Of a DNA stretch of 34,675 nt, positions 34,674-34,675 are shown one piece after another. This DNA is from Corallococcus sp. CA053C (GTDB lineage: Bacteria; Myxococcota; Myxococcia; Myxococcales; Myxococcaceae), in contig NZ_RAWA01000053.1 of NCBI RefSeq assembly GCF_003611675.1, positions 1-34,675 on the forward strand, written 5' to 3'. The translations under genes and the position numbers were made by a program. The notes under the pieces were generated by a model. The model worked only from the letters and a program-made list of their open reading frames with translations, was not told where the DNA came from and did no database searches. Position 1 is the first letter of the stretch. The number at the start of each line of letters is the position of its first letter.

Positions 34674-34675
34674 GA

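Noticed and set aside
1-34675. CRISPR arrays, tRNA/rRNA genes, IS elements/transposases, integrases
   Set aside because: No short direct repeats with unique spacers, no tRNA-like cloverleaf/GTTCGA-containing segments in the intergenic regions inspected, and no transposase/integrase-like ORFs were seen. The only evidence for foreign DNA is compositional (29075-29520, plus AT-rich leaders).

Overview
High-GC (~68-70%) chromosomal window. The gene content (HAF-repeat proteins, many secreted hydrolases, DivIVA, LuxR-type regulators, GDSL lipases) points to a myxobacterium (Myxococcus/Corallococcus-like); this is inference. I call about 35 protein-coding genes, no rRNA/tRNA/CRISPR, and several hairpin or palindrome signals in intergenic spacers. 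The ORF track only lists complete ORFs and translates GTG starts as M, so edge genes and starts were worked out by hand. Most of the window is ordinary housekeeping or accessory coding: a DivIVA-YggU cluster, an RDD/SpoIIM-like membrane pair, a prolyl oligopeptidase, PBP4/DacB, RdgC, a Gfo/Idh/MocA oxidoreductase, and an erythromycin-esterase family protein. The observations worth a second look are these. (1) A 759-aa protein at 20836..23115 that aligns by eye along its whole length to the eukaryotic major vault protein (MVP repeats, shoulder/SPFH-like region, cap-helix coiled coil, C-terminal LNLF...GLLG tail), i.e. a bacterial vault-shell homolog. (2) A two-gene operon with an ATGA start/stop overlap: a dienelactone-hydrolase-like alpha/beta hydrolase plus a fusion of a macro (ADP-ribose-binding) domain to a DNPH1/Rcl-like nucleoside 2-deoxyribosyltransferase-family N-glycosidase domain. 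It sits next to a perfect CRP-type TGTGA-N6-TCACA palindrome and a tandem cNMP-binding-domain protein, and is a candidate signal-sensing nucleotide-degrading (defence-like) module. (3) A cluster of secreted or exported proteins without obvious housekeeping roles: a signal-peptide-less LysM, lysozyme-like, C39-like peptidase protein; a two-module cysteine-rich protein with a HAF-repeat protein; and a signal-peptide-less SLT lytic transglycosylase. Embedded in this cluster are a 36-codon Ser/Thr-kinase N-terminal remnant joined out of frame to a ~450-bp low-GC (~56%) foreign-looking ORF, and a pair of 15-bp TGGCAAG-N-CTTGCCA palindromes. Also present are an orphan MbtH-like gene and a recent tandem duplication of GDSL lipase genes behind an unusually AT-rich promoter region.
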